This document shows, in pieces, positions 11,683-21,526 of a DNA stretch of 64,000 nt; the first letter of the stretch is position 1, and each line of letters begins with the position of its first letter. The stretch is taken from positions 1 to 64,000 of the forward strand of contig CAWCPV010000005.1 of the NCBI GenBank assembly GCA_963797555.1, given 5' to 3'. The notes beneath the pieces were generated by a model. The model was not told where the DNA came from. It worked only from the letters and a program-made list of their open reading frames with translations, and did not search any database. The DNA comes from an uncultured Gammaproteobacteria bacterium (lineage in GTDB: Bacteria > Pseudomonadota > Gammaproteobacteria > CAWCPV01). A program made the position numbers and the translations under genes.

Positions 11683-12253
11683 CTAGCGCGCCCACAGGAC
11701 GCCCAAATCGATATCGATGGCGTCGAAGGGCTCCGCTCGAACCGCGACGCCGCCGGCGTGGGTGGCGATGAGACGGTAGGTCTCGCCGTCGAGTCCGGTA
11801 AACCTCCAGCGTCTCGGCCAACGGGTCCACCAACCACAGGTGGGGGACCGTCTCGCGGCGGTACAAGGGCAGCTTGCGCGTGCGGTCGTGAGCCTGCGTC
11901 GAAGGCGATATCACCTCGCACAGCCAGTCCGGGGGCAGCGTCAGGTAGGCCGCGTCGGGCAGCGCCGGCATGCGCTCGCGACGCCACCCCGCCAGATCCG
12001 GCACGACGATGTCAGGCTCGGGGCCCAGGTGAAGCTCTGGCTCGTACAGAAACAGCCAGCCGCCGGGACCGCCGCGACCCCTCCTGAAGGGCGGACCGAG
12101 CACCTCCCCCAACACCGTGGCGGCCTGAGCATGTCGGGTAGAAGGCCGCGGCTGTGCGTACAGCTCGCCGTCGATCACCTCCGCGATAAGGTGGGCCGGG
12201 GTGGCGAGCACATCGGCGTAAGTCGCTCGGCGGGCTGCAATGGCCTCTGCCAT
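11683..12253 (-). CDS. Uma2 / DUF820 family PD-(D/E)XK endonuclease (frameshift near 11790)
   Basis: AEVIDGELYAQPRP, EPELHLG..IVVPDLAGWR, PDWLCEVISPST, HLWLVDP; C-terminus IDIDLGVLWAR* is in another frame. Confidence 0.85.
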
Positions 12254-12596
12254 GACGGCAGTATGTCACAGCCGCGGTGCGTGACAAAGGCTGCGGAGCT
12301 CCGTCCAACGGTGCTCCCGAGCGGCAACGGCGTGCCATACAGCGTGTCGCTGGGCTCGCGTTGCATGTCGGCCGTCCTGCCGCCGAGTCGAAGAGAGGTC
12401 CGGTGGAGCGGGCTGCTGCGCTGCATGTCTGAGCGCTGAACCGGGACAGGAACACTGCAGTCCGTGCTTGGGAAACCGCCGCCAGTGACCCGCATCAGCA
12501 CGGGTGTACAGCGGATCGCGCAGGCGTATAGTTTTCGCGACGACCGCCGGGATGAGCCGCTCACCCCTGTTGCCGGGTTGATGAGTGAGGAGCCTG

Positions 12597-13358
12597 ATGA
12601 CCTCAACCGTGTTCAGAAGCTTCCTGGTGTCCGCCGCGCTGGCGCTCTCGGGCTGCGCGCAGCTCGGTCTGTTCCAGCACTTCGCTCCGGTCGAGAGCCC
12701 CCGGCCGGCGGTCGGCGACCGCTGGGTGTATGAGCTGCTGAATGGCTACAACCGCGTCGTCATCCGCAAGGTCACCCAGGAAGTGGTCGCGGTGAGGCCG
12801 AAGAAGATCGAGGTGCGGGTCACGGAGCAGCCCGGCGGCGCCTACGCCCGCACCTTCGCACCGGGCTGGAATCCCCACTCGGGCGAGATGGCCCCGGGTC
12901 TCCCGGCAGGATTTGGCTACGAAAAAACCATTCCTTACGGGGTGCCCGTGGACTATTCGCCTGCCCTCCTCGAGTTTCGCTTTCCCTTGACCGCGGGAGA
13001 GCGGTGGAAGACCACCGTCCTGGTCACGGATCCGGCGACCGGCAAACAGGTCAAAGCTGACGTGTGGGCCCGGGTCTTCGGGTCGGACCGGCTGAGCACG
13101 CCGGCGGGCCAACTCGCTGCAATCAAGGTCTACCACGACATCTACTACCGCGACTGGGATTGGTGGCGGAGCCAGACCCGCATGCAGCTCACCGACTGGT
13201 ACGCACCGGCCGCAGGCAACGTCGTCCGCCGGGAGATACAGCCAAGCTACTACGATTACACGCGGGGCCGGCTCGGCGCACCCGAACTCGTCCTGGGCGA
13301 CTACCTGATCTACCGGTTGGTCGAGTACTCGCCGGCCGCGTCGAACAGCAGGCACTGA
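12597..13358 (+). CDS. Hypothetical lipoprotein
   Basis: GAGGAG RBS, lipobox LSGC, clean 253-aa beta-rich ORF. Confidence 0.7.
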   Translation: MTSTVFRSFLVSAALALSGCAQLGLFQHFAPVESPRPAVGDRWVYELLNGYNRVVIRKVTQEVVAVRPKKIEVRVTEQPGGAYARTFAPGWNPHSGEMAPGLPAGFGYEKTIPYGVPVDYSPALLEFRFPLTAGERWKTTVLVTDPATGKQVKADVWARVFGSDRLSTPAGQLAAIKVYHDIYYRDWDWWRSQTRMQLTDWYAPAAGNVVRREIQPSYYDYTRGRLGAPELVLGDYLIYRLVEYSPAASNSRH

Positions 13359-13436
13359 CGGCCGCCGTCCCCACGCCTTTTCGCTTTGCGGGATGCACGG
13401 GAGGCTCCGGCGCCGGAAGCGCCCGCCGGGCCCTCC

Positions 13437-14611
13437 TCAGCCTCCCGGTTTCGCGGCAGTCGTCTGGGGCACAGCCGTTCTCAGCTTGTCGAGCTGCTCT
13501 CTGGTGAGCGGCGCCGCGACTGTCTGCAGCATCTGCGTGAGATCGGCACCATGCTTCAGGAACACCCATTTGTCCTTCTGATCCGGTTGCGCGACGTCGC
13601 CGGTGAAATCCGCAAAATCGAACTGCAGTGCGTTTGCCCAGTCGGGGGGGATCGGGACGATTCCCTGTGCCATGTCGAGGTTCTTCTTCGCGGCGTTCCA
13701 CGTGGCGACCGCGATCTTCCCGGTCTTGTCATACTCCTTCAGGGCCGCGCTGTCATGGCAGTCCTTGCAGGGTCTGCCCTTCTCCATCGTCGTGTGGGAA
13801 AAGAACGGGGCCACCGTGTAGAAGGTCTTGCCCTTGTACACCAAGGATTGGTAAGTGGCGGGATAGACCTGGTCCTTGCCCCTGGTCCGCTGCCCTTGCG
13901 GTTGAGGAGCATGACGAAGCCTCTCCCCTGGCTGATGGCCCGTTTGAGCTTGCCGTTGACCGCCACCTCCGTCTCGAAGTGGCAGTTGTTGCAAGTGACC
14001 ACCGATTTGACGTGGCAGGCTGCGCAGGCCAGCCGGTCTCCATGAATCGCGTGGCTCGCCGGACTCAGCTTGGCCGGCTCGTGGCAGTGCTCGCACTTGG
14101 CGCCGATGCCGCCCGGCACCAACATCGACGCCCGATCGCCTGCGGGCCGGTGAAGTTGGTCGCCCGTATGGCAGGAAATGCACGTCATGCCGCGGCGCAC
14201 GTGGAGGTCTTGCCAGCCCGGATCCTTGGGCTCCGGCAGGTTCTTGAAGAAACCGACCTCGGCGGCTTGCCGCGTGTGGCACTCCAGGCAGATGGCAGGG
14301 GAGCTCACGCTAGGCTTGTTGGAGAAGTCGTGGCAATCCGTGCAGCTCGGGACGTAGGGCTGGGGAAGCGGCGAGCCATCGGCGCGCTTGCCGGACTTCT
14401 GATGGCAGTGAACGCAGGCGAGATCGCCGAAAGCTATGCCGGTCAGCTTTTCGAACCCTCCACTTTCCTTGTGATAGAAAGTCTCCTTGCCCGGTCGCTC
14501 GAAATGCAGACTGTTGGGTTGCGGCTGTTGGCCGAGGGCCTCTGCGCCGGCCGCCGCCCCGGCGACGGTCGGCATCAGGAGAACGAGTGCTAGTGCGTGG
14601 GCGCGTTTCAT
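13437..14611 (-). CDS. Exported multiheme cytochrome c (8 CxxCH); frameshift near 13885
   Basis: Signal peptide; CVHCH, CTDCH, CLECH, CISCH, CEHCH, CAACH, CNNCH, then CKDCH in the second frame. Confidence 0.85.
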
Positions 14612-14947
14612 CCTTCGGTACCCCCCTGTTTCTCGTGTGTCATCCCGGTGGGCCGCGGCGTCTCCGCCACAGCGGCGCTGGGATCGCCCGGCCCGTCGTC
14701 GCTATGCCAATCGTTCGCACCGGAACCCTGCCCCGCGTGGAGCAGAAGCCCCTCCTGGCCCCGAGAGCTCTTTGTCGAACGCCCGCGTCCAACGGCTCGG
14801 ATCGCAAGGATACCGAACCGGGTCGGCTCCGGCCAGACCCCGGGCTGATTCGGCGAGCCATTCAAAGGGGCGGTAACACCGTGCGGCGGCCGGGTCGACG
14901 CGGTCTCCCCCCGGCGGCGAACCGCCCCCCAGCTCGCGCCGTGCAAT

Positions 14948-14979
14948 AAAAAACCCATCCCCCCTCGCGAGGGGATGGG
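14948..14979 (-). terminator. Intrinsic terminator of the large cytochrome gene
   Basis: CCCATCCCC...GGGGATGGG hairpin followed by T6 on the minus strand, ~60 nt after the stop at 15039. Confidence 0.7.
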
Positions 14980-15038
14980 CGTGTGCTACGGAGGCGGTCG
15001 GGCTCCGCGCGCGGAGCCCGGCCCAGACCCCTACACGA

Positions 15039-18000
15039 CTACGGGCAGGTCACGCCCCGATCGGCTCTATGGCAGACCGTGCAGCCGATCGGCTTGCCCG
15101 CGGGCACGTTGGTGCCTTTCAAAGAGCGGGCGGCCTTGGCGGCGGAGAGCACGGTGCCGCAGCTCGAGCCGCGAGTGGTCCCGCCGTGACAGGCCTGGCA
15201 CTTGTTCAGGTAGTCGGTATCGTTGTAACTGCTGCCGGTGAAGAGCTGCCTGTGGATATTGCTGCTCGCAAACGGCGTGTTGTCGCCGATCGGGTGCAGC
15301 CCATGGGGCCCGGCCAAAGTCGCCACGCTGTCCATCTGGCTGGCGTGGCAGGTGGAGCAGTTGGACACCAAGCCGGTGTGGCCCTGGAGCTGAATCGCCG
15401 TCTGGTTGTCGTTGGCGACGTAGGTCCCGCTCGAGGGGGTCACCGGCCACTCGGCATGGGTCGGCCCGTGGCAGGCTTCGCAGTACATATTGGGGCCGTT
15501 GGGGCCATGGCCGTTGGTGAACCCGTAGCTGTAGGCGGGCGACTGGCCGCCCACACTCGCCCGATAGAGCTTCGGGTTGGCCCCCGGCGCGCTGCCCGCA
15601 GACGCTGCCGGATTGATGACATCCTCCGCGAAGCGCTTGTTGGTCGGGACGATCGGGGTCACCTTCGGGCAGCTTCCCGGGGCCTGTGTGGTGCAGTTCG
15701 CACCCGTCACGTAGGCCTGCCGCAGTCGTATGCCGTCGGCATAGCCGGCGGTAGTGGTCGTATCGACGATGACGCCCGGCGTCCCAGCCATATTGGTCTT
15801 CGCATCCCCGGTATGGCAGGAGCCGCAGCTCGGCTCGTTCACCCACGGCACGCGGGGCGTGCTGGCGTTGGTGTAGAAGTTGTTCGCCAAGATGAAGCTG
15901 CCGCCGGGCATGTTCCGCGAAAAGTCATCACCCACCTGCGTCATCTGGCCGTGGCAGTCCTGGCAGACCAAACCGCCGTTGGCCATGGCGCCGCGCATGC
16001 ACTGGGTGACCTTGCCGGGGTGGCACTGGTAGCAGGTCGCGGTGAGGATGTTGTCCTTCTGTGTCGAAGTCCGGTTGTTGGGCGCCGGCATGTAGGGGAA
16101 CAGCAGATCCGTGTAGGTGGTCGAGACCGCCGTGCCCGCCGCGTTGCGCAGCCCGTGGAAATTGTGGATGACGCGCGACATCGACTGGTTGTTGGCCTCC
16201 GCGGCCAAGCCCGGCAGCACCGAGTTGGTCGGACCCAACTGGATAAGATCGAGCGCCGGGGTGTAGTGACAGGTCTGGCACACCACCGGCGTCTTGTTGA
16301 CCAGGCAGTTGGCGTTGGTCGTGTTCGGATTGGTCCTGAGGTCGCACGCGGTCGGATACTTCGAGCCCTCGTTGTAGTCATGCAGGCGCAGGATGTTCTT
16401 GTCCGACGCCCACTCGATGCTCACCGCGGTTGGCAGCGTGCTGGCCAGCGGATCCTGTTCGGAGCTGGCCAGGTTGTTGACGCCGAGCTTGTTCGCGATG
16501 TTGTTCGCCACGGTCGATGTTGGCCGCCGCATAGTTCGGGTCGCCCGGGTCGGCATGGCAGCCCTTGCAGTCGGCCTCCGCCGAGATCGGGAGCACGGTA
16601 TCGACCGTCGCCAGCAGCGTGCCCGCGGAAAGACCGAGGGCGTTGCCGGGGGCGGCCTTGGCCTGCACCCGCATCAGCGGATAGGAGTTGAGGCGCCCGG
16701 CATCGTCGTAGGTCGTCATCGGCACGCCTTCGGCGGTGAACCAGTTGAGGTTGCTCGCGATATAGCCGAACGGGAAGTTCGCGAAGAACGGCCAGTTGTT
16801 GACGTAGAGCTTCACCGGCTGCGGCTGGTTGGCCGTGTACGGGCTGCTCGCAATCGCGGTCGGCTGGTTGGGCGGCGAAGCCGTGGCGCTGGTGGTGAAG
16901 GTGGTGATCGCCGGCATGGTCTGCTGGTCGAGCACAGCATTCGTTCCCTGCTGGTTGCTGGGCAGGAGGTTGCCGTTGGCGTCGAGGTACCACAATTCGA
17001 GGTTCGGCACCGCCAGCCCGACGTCGTCAAAGTTCAGAGTGTTCGGGTAGAACAGCGGCAGGACGCCCGGCGGATAGAACGGACCGTACGCGGCCGGGCG
17101 GTGTCCCAGAAGTTGGTCTTGTAGACCGAGCCCGCCGGGGCGCTGAAGCCCGGAGGATTGGTCTTGCCGAACACCGGGTCGGACGAGTTCGAGGCGGCCG
17201 AGTAGTAGACCTCCACGTCCCGGTCGTCCAGCCCCACCGCGCCGCCGCCGGAATGCGTCGGCTTCTGCAGCACGCGCACGTTCAGCACGTTGAACGGCGG
17301 CAGGATGCTCAGCACCCGCGTGTCGAGGTCGCCGCAGTGCATGCCCAGATCATTGACCGCCACGATCTGGTAGCCGGTCAAGCCCGTGCCGGACGCGGGG
17401 TGGTCCGAGTTGTCGCTCGCGGGCGCCGGCTGCTCCGAGACGTCGCCGCTGCCGCAGCCGGGCTGGCCGCTCTGGCCGCAGCTCTGGCTCGTGGAGTTGA
17501 GCGAGTGCGTGCTCGTGCCGCCGCCGATGTTCACCGTCAGCGCCAAGGGGGGGGTCGAGGTACCGACGTTGTTCGCCGCGTCGTAAGCCTTGGCGGTCCA
17601 TTGATGGGTGCCGTTGTTAGCGCTGGTGAACGACCACAGGTAGAGGTACGGCGTGGAGGTATCGGTCGCCACCAAGGTAGCACCGTCGTAAAACTCCACC
17701 TTGGTCACTCCCACGTTGTCGGAGGCGCTGGCGGTGAGAGTCACGGTCTGCGCCGTCGTGTAGGTGGGACCCGGCGGGGCGGCGCTTAGCGACACCGTGG
17801 GCGGCGTAATGTACTCCGCCGCCTTGGATGGTGATGGTCCGGGTCGGATTGCTGCTGCAGCTCTGCGCCGTCGGCTTGGTATTGTCGGTCACCGCGAGCG
17901 TGGTGGTGGAGGTGCCGGCGGTGTTGTACACCACGTTGCTCACCGAGTTGCTCGTGCTGCTGCTGTTGTTGGTGGTGCTGCTAACGGGGTTTCCGGTCGG

Positions 18001-18255
18001 GAATGTCCAGTTGTAGTTGTACTTCGCCTTGTTGCCGCCGCCGCTCACCGTACCGGTGTAGCTGACCGACTGGCCGGCCTGTATGGTGACGTTGCCGCTC
18101 GGCACGGTGATGGCACACGTCAGCGCGGCGCTCGCGCTGCCGGGGTAGCCACCCCACAGCAGCCCGGCCGCAAGGACGGCCACTGCGGCCGAGATCCGGC
18201 TCCAGACGAGCCCGGCGCGCGCGCCCGGCTCGCGAACATTATTCGTCATACCCAT
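15039..18255 (-). CDS. Large secreted multiheme cytochrome c (9 CxxCH) with N-terminal PKD and bacterial Ig-like domains (~3 frameshifts)
   Basis: GGAGGAGGAG RBS and signal peptide; PKD-like YNWTFPTG; Ig-like TLTASASDNVGVTKVEFY; NDLGMHC..ILPPFN domain; CKGCH, CQTCH, CYQCH, CQDCH, CGSCH, CEACH, CSTCH, CQACH, CTVCH. Confidence 0.8.
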
Positions 18256-18877
18256 GTGCTCTCCTCCTCCAACCCCAAATCGCGGATGACCCGCTTTAAT
18301 CTGTGTCCAGTTTCCGAGCATTGCTTCTGACTCTGAATCGAGCCCTCGGATGGCGGACCGTATCACGCGGAGAAACCCTTTTCGATAGGGCTGAATGGAG
18401 ACGCCGTTGTAGCACCTACGAGACATCTCCTTGGAATTAGAGAAAGACGCTTGCACGAAGGCCGAGGCGTCATCGCGTTTCATGGACGCGGAGATGATTC
18501 CCGTATCAAGAACGACCCGGTTTGGACCTGCGTTTCGCGACTCTTCAAAGATTGGGCGGTCCCTCGCCGGCACGCGGCGGTTCCGATGGAGGCGATCGGG
18601 TGCCGCTGCAGGCCGCGTTTCGCGTATCACATTGGAACGCTTGCGCACCTCTTTTCCGCAGTCGGCCGGGAAAGCACTTGCTTCCCAGGATCCGTGGCGA
18701 CCGACGGCTCGCCGTATCCGAAGGCCCCGCACGCCCTTAAGCGCAGGCGCCTGACGAAGGCGGCTTGCCGGGGCATTATCCTTCTGGCAGAGTGGGGTTC
18801 CGCAAGCCGCCCCCACCGGGCCGCCCCCGGTATGCGGTCCGGAGGCTCAGCAGCCTAGCCAAGCATCATCAGCGCCC

Positions 18878-20483
18878 ATGATCACCGATCGATTCCGCCA
18901 ACTGGTGCTGATTCTGTATGCCGTCTCCGTATTCTCGCTGCTGGCCGCCTTCGTCTCGGGGAGCTACCTGCGACACCGCACGGAGGAGAAAGAGCAGTTG
19001 GTGGACCTGGTCCGGGAGACCGATGATTTATTCACGACCTTGGTCACCGGGCAAACGGAGAAGCTGGAGGCATTACTCAAGGTCCTCTCCATGGACGCGC
19101 AGATCCTCACCGCTTTCCAGCACAGGGACCGGGCGGCATTGTTCGGAGAAGTGTCGCCCCTGCTCGCCTGGCTGAGACACCGGCAAGGCATCACCCATCT
19201 CGATTTCTTGGATAACGATCGCAAGGTTCTCTTGCGCGTCCACCAGCCGGACCGGTATGGAGATCGGATCGACCGCCTCACGCTGCTGCAAGCCGAGCTG
19301 CACGACAGGGTCGCCGCAGGACTGGAACTCGGACCACTGGGAACCTTCACGCTCCGCGTCGTGACGCCGTGGCGCAAGGATGGACGCCTTATCGGCTATG
19401 TCGAGCTCGGCGAAGAGGTCGACCGCCTCCTGAAGCGCGTCAACGACGTGCAGCACGTCGAAGGACTGCTGTTTATCAAGAAGCGCTACCTCAATCGCAG
19501 TGATTGGCTGGCGGGCATGACCATGCTGGGGCGTGCCGGCCAGTGGGGATCGATTCCCGCAAGTGGTGCTGAGCGCAGTCACCGCCACCGGCCTGCCGGA
19601 GTCGGTACTGCGTCTGGCCGCGCAGGCTTGCGTCGGCGGTGGCGGACGGAGCGACCGGATCACCGCGGACACCAGGACCCTGCTCACTTCGGCCATCCCG
19701 TTCCCCGATATCGGAAAGCGCCCGGTGGGCTGCCTGTACTTGGTCATCGACCTCACCAAGCAGCGGGCCGGAGACCTGAGGTTCCTGTCCGCGTTGACAG
19801 CTCTGGGCGCGGGTATTGGACTGCTGATGTTCGCGGTGTTCTACTTCATCCTTGCGCGTGTGCGGTCCAGACTGGTCTTTGTCGAGCAGGATCGAGCGGC
19901 GTTGCGGAAGATGGCATCGCGCGACGCGCTGACCGGCCTCTATAACCGCCGGCATCTCTCGGACATGCTGGAACATGAACTGCTCGCCTGTCGTTCGCAA
20001 GAGCGTCCCCTTTCGCTGCTCATGGTCGATCTCGACCATTTCAAGCGAATCAACGACTCGTTCGGTCATCCCTGTGGCGATAAAATGCTGGTGGCCGTGG
20101 GGCAGGCAGTGCTCGACGAGCTGCGCGACACCGACCGGGCGGTGCGGTACGGGGGCGAAGAGTTCCTGATTCTCCTGCCCGGGTCTTCGGTAATGGCGGC
20201 CATGGAGGTGGGCGAGCGCCTGAGGGCCGGCATCGGAGCCCTGGCCATCCCGTGCTCGGAACAGGCGAGAGCCAGCGTGACCGCCAGTATCGGCGTAGCG
20301 TCCTTTCCCGACGACGCGCAGACGGCGGACACGCTTCTCAAGCTTGCCGACGACGCGCTCTACGTTGCCAAGTCATTGGGCCGCGACAGGGTCGGCCGTC
20401 CCCGCATGGCGGGTGACCCACCCCACGCCGGTTCCCCCCGCGACCGTGGGAAAGGGTTGCAGGCCGCAAGCCGGCGCCGTTAG
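18878..20483 (+). CDS. Membrane diguanylate cyclase with periplasmic Cache-like sensor domain (frameshift near 19545)
   Basis: Two TM helices flank the sensor (LRVHQPDRYGD, GLELG); DALTGLYNRR, DLDHFKRIND, RYGGEEF. Confidence 0.85.
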
Positions 20484-20575
20484 CGCGGCGGATCGGCGCG
20501 GTCGCGGCCCAGGTCTCATCCCTCGACTCTGTTCCACCGCGCCCGCAAACCACGCACCGGCCGGCCGAGTTCGGC

Positions 20576-21142
20576 CCTAACGCCTGCGAGGGTCGGCGAG
20601 CCTGTCCGTGCCGCGAGGCCGTAGATTCCCTCCGGGTTGGAGGAGTTGGGGCGGGGAAGGACTAAACTCTTAACGTGAAAGAAACGGGTTTTTGGGCGTG
20701 AAGGGGCCTGGCCGATGAAGGCCGTGGCGGGGAAGGTGAAGTGTTCAGGCTAGGGCGGGAAGGAAGCCGTAGCGCGTCAGTGCCTTGATCCAGCGTGGGG
20801 CGTTGCGTTTAACGGACAGAGCTTCATAGTTGATAACCGAGTCCCGGTAGTGTTGGCCACGCGCGAGCAGGAAGAAGATAGTCCGCTTGTCTCCCGTCGA
20901 AATACACTCAGAGGTGGGAGACGGCGGATGCCTGGACCGAATGAGCCTGAAGGCGGCAAGCCGCCGACGGCCTTTTTAACGTGCGCTCTCTATGGAAGCA
21001 ATCCGGGGTACGAGTCGGTCCGGCGGGTCACGTTAGGTTGCGGGGTCGAGCCGCCAAAAACTTGCGCGACCTCTCCCCGCCGCCTCCCACCCCGGAGTAT
21101 CTTTCATCATCGGGGGTGGCGCCAGACGCAATGATCGTTAGG
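20576..21142. other. Structured non-coding element (candidate ncRNA or non-autonomous mobile-element end)
   Basis: No credible ORF; terminal inverted repeat CCTAACG/CGTTAGG; several nested hairpins; GGCGGG(G)AAGG three times. Confidence 0.45.
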
Positions 21143-21147
21143 CTCAT
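21028..21147 (-). other. Short 39-aa ORF or disrupted gene start
   Basis: Strong RBS GGAGGAGAGAG before the ATG at 21147, ~55 nt below a sigma54-like promoter; the frame runs into the non-coding element. Confidence 0.4.
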
Positions 21148-21201
21148 GTGCTCTCTCCTCCAGGATGTGTGATGGCCCGGGTAGCTTCCGCGAGTGAAGC
21201 A

Positions 21202-21217
21202 GCACAGACCGTGCCAG
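21202..21217 (-). promoter_or_regulatory. Sigma54 (-24/-12) promoter-like site
   Basis: Minus strand CTGGCACGGTCTGTGC: TGGCACG with exact GG-N10-GC spacing. Confidence 0.55.
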
Positions 21218-21526
21218 CAGGGACGATGCACGCCGATCAATGGCTTGCCGCTTTTCGGCGGTGGGCACTGGTCGCCCCTGCACGCTCGCCGCACGGGATA
21301 GGCCGAGTCAGGGCGCGAGGCCGTATTCACTCTTGGCCCCGCACCGGGGCAGCGCCCAGCAAAGCGCGCGTGTTGCGAGCCAGCACTCCGATGCGCACGA
21401 GCGGTGGTAGGTCCCTGCGAGACGACCCCCGGTCAGCGGCATGACCTGCTGGCGCCCGCCGGCACTTCACGCCCACAGGCTTCCGATTCGGGTACACTGG
21501 CCGCCTCGCCCCGACCAGACGGCCCG

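Noticed and set aside
18690-18780. Possible c-di-GMP-I (GEMM) riboswitch upstream of the large cytochrome
   Set aside because: Only a vague GGCAA...GCC resemblance; the GAAA tetraloop and GCAAA junction are missing.
20576-21142. Functional integron or attC cassette array
   Set aside because: The core-site-like ends are ~560 bp apart, far longer than an attC site, and there is no intI or second attC in the window. Kept only as an alternative reading.
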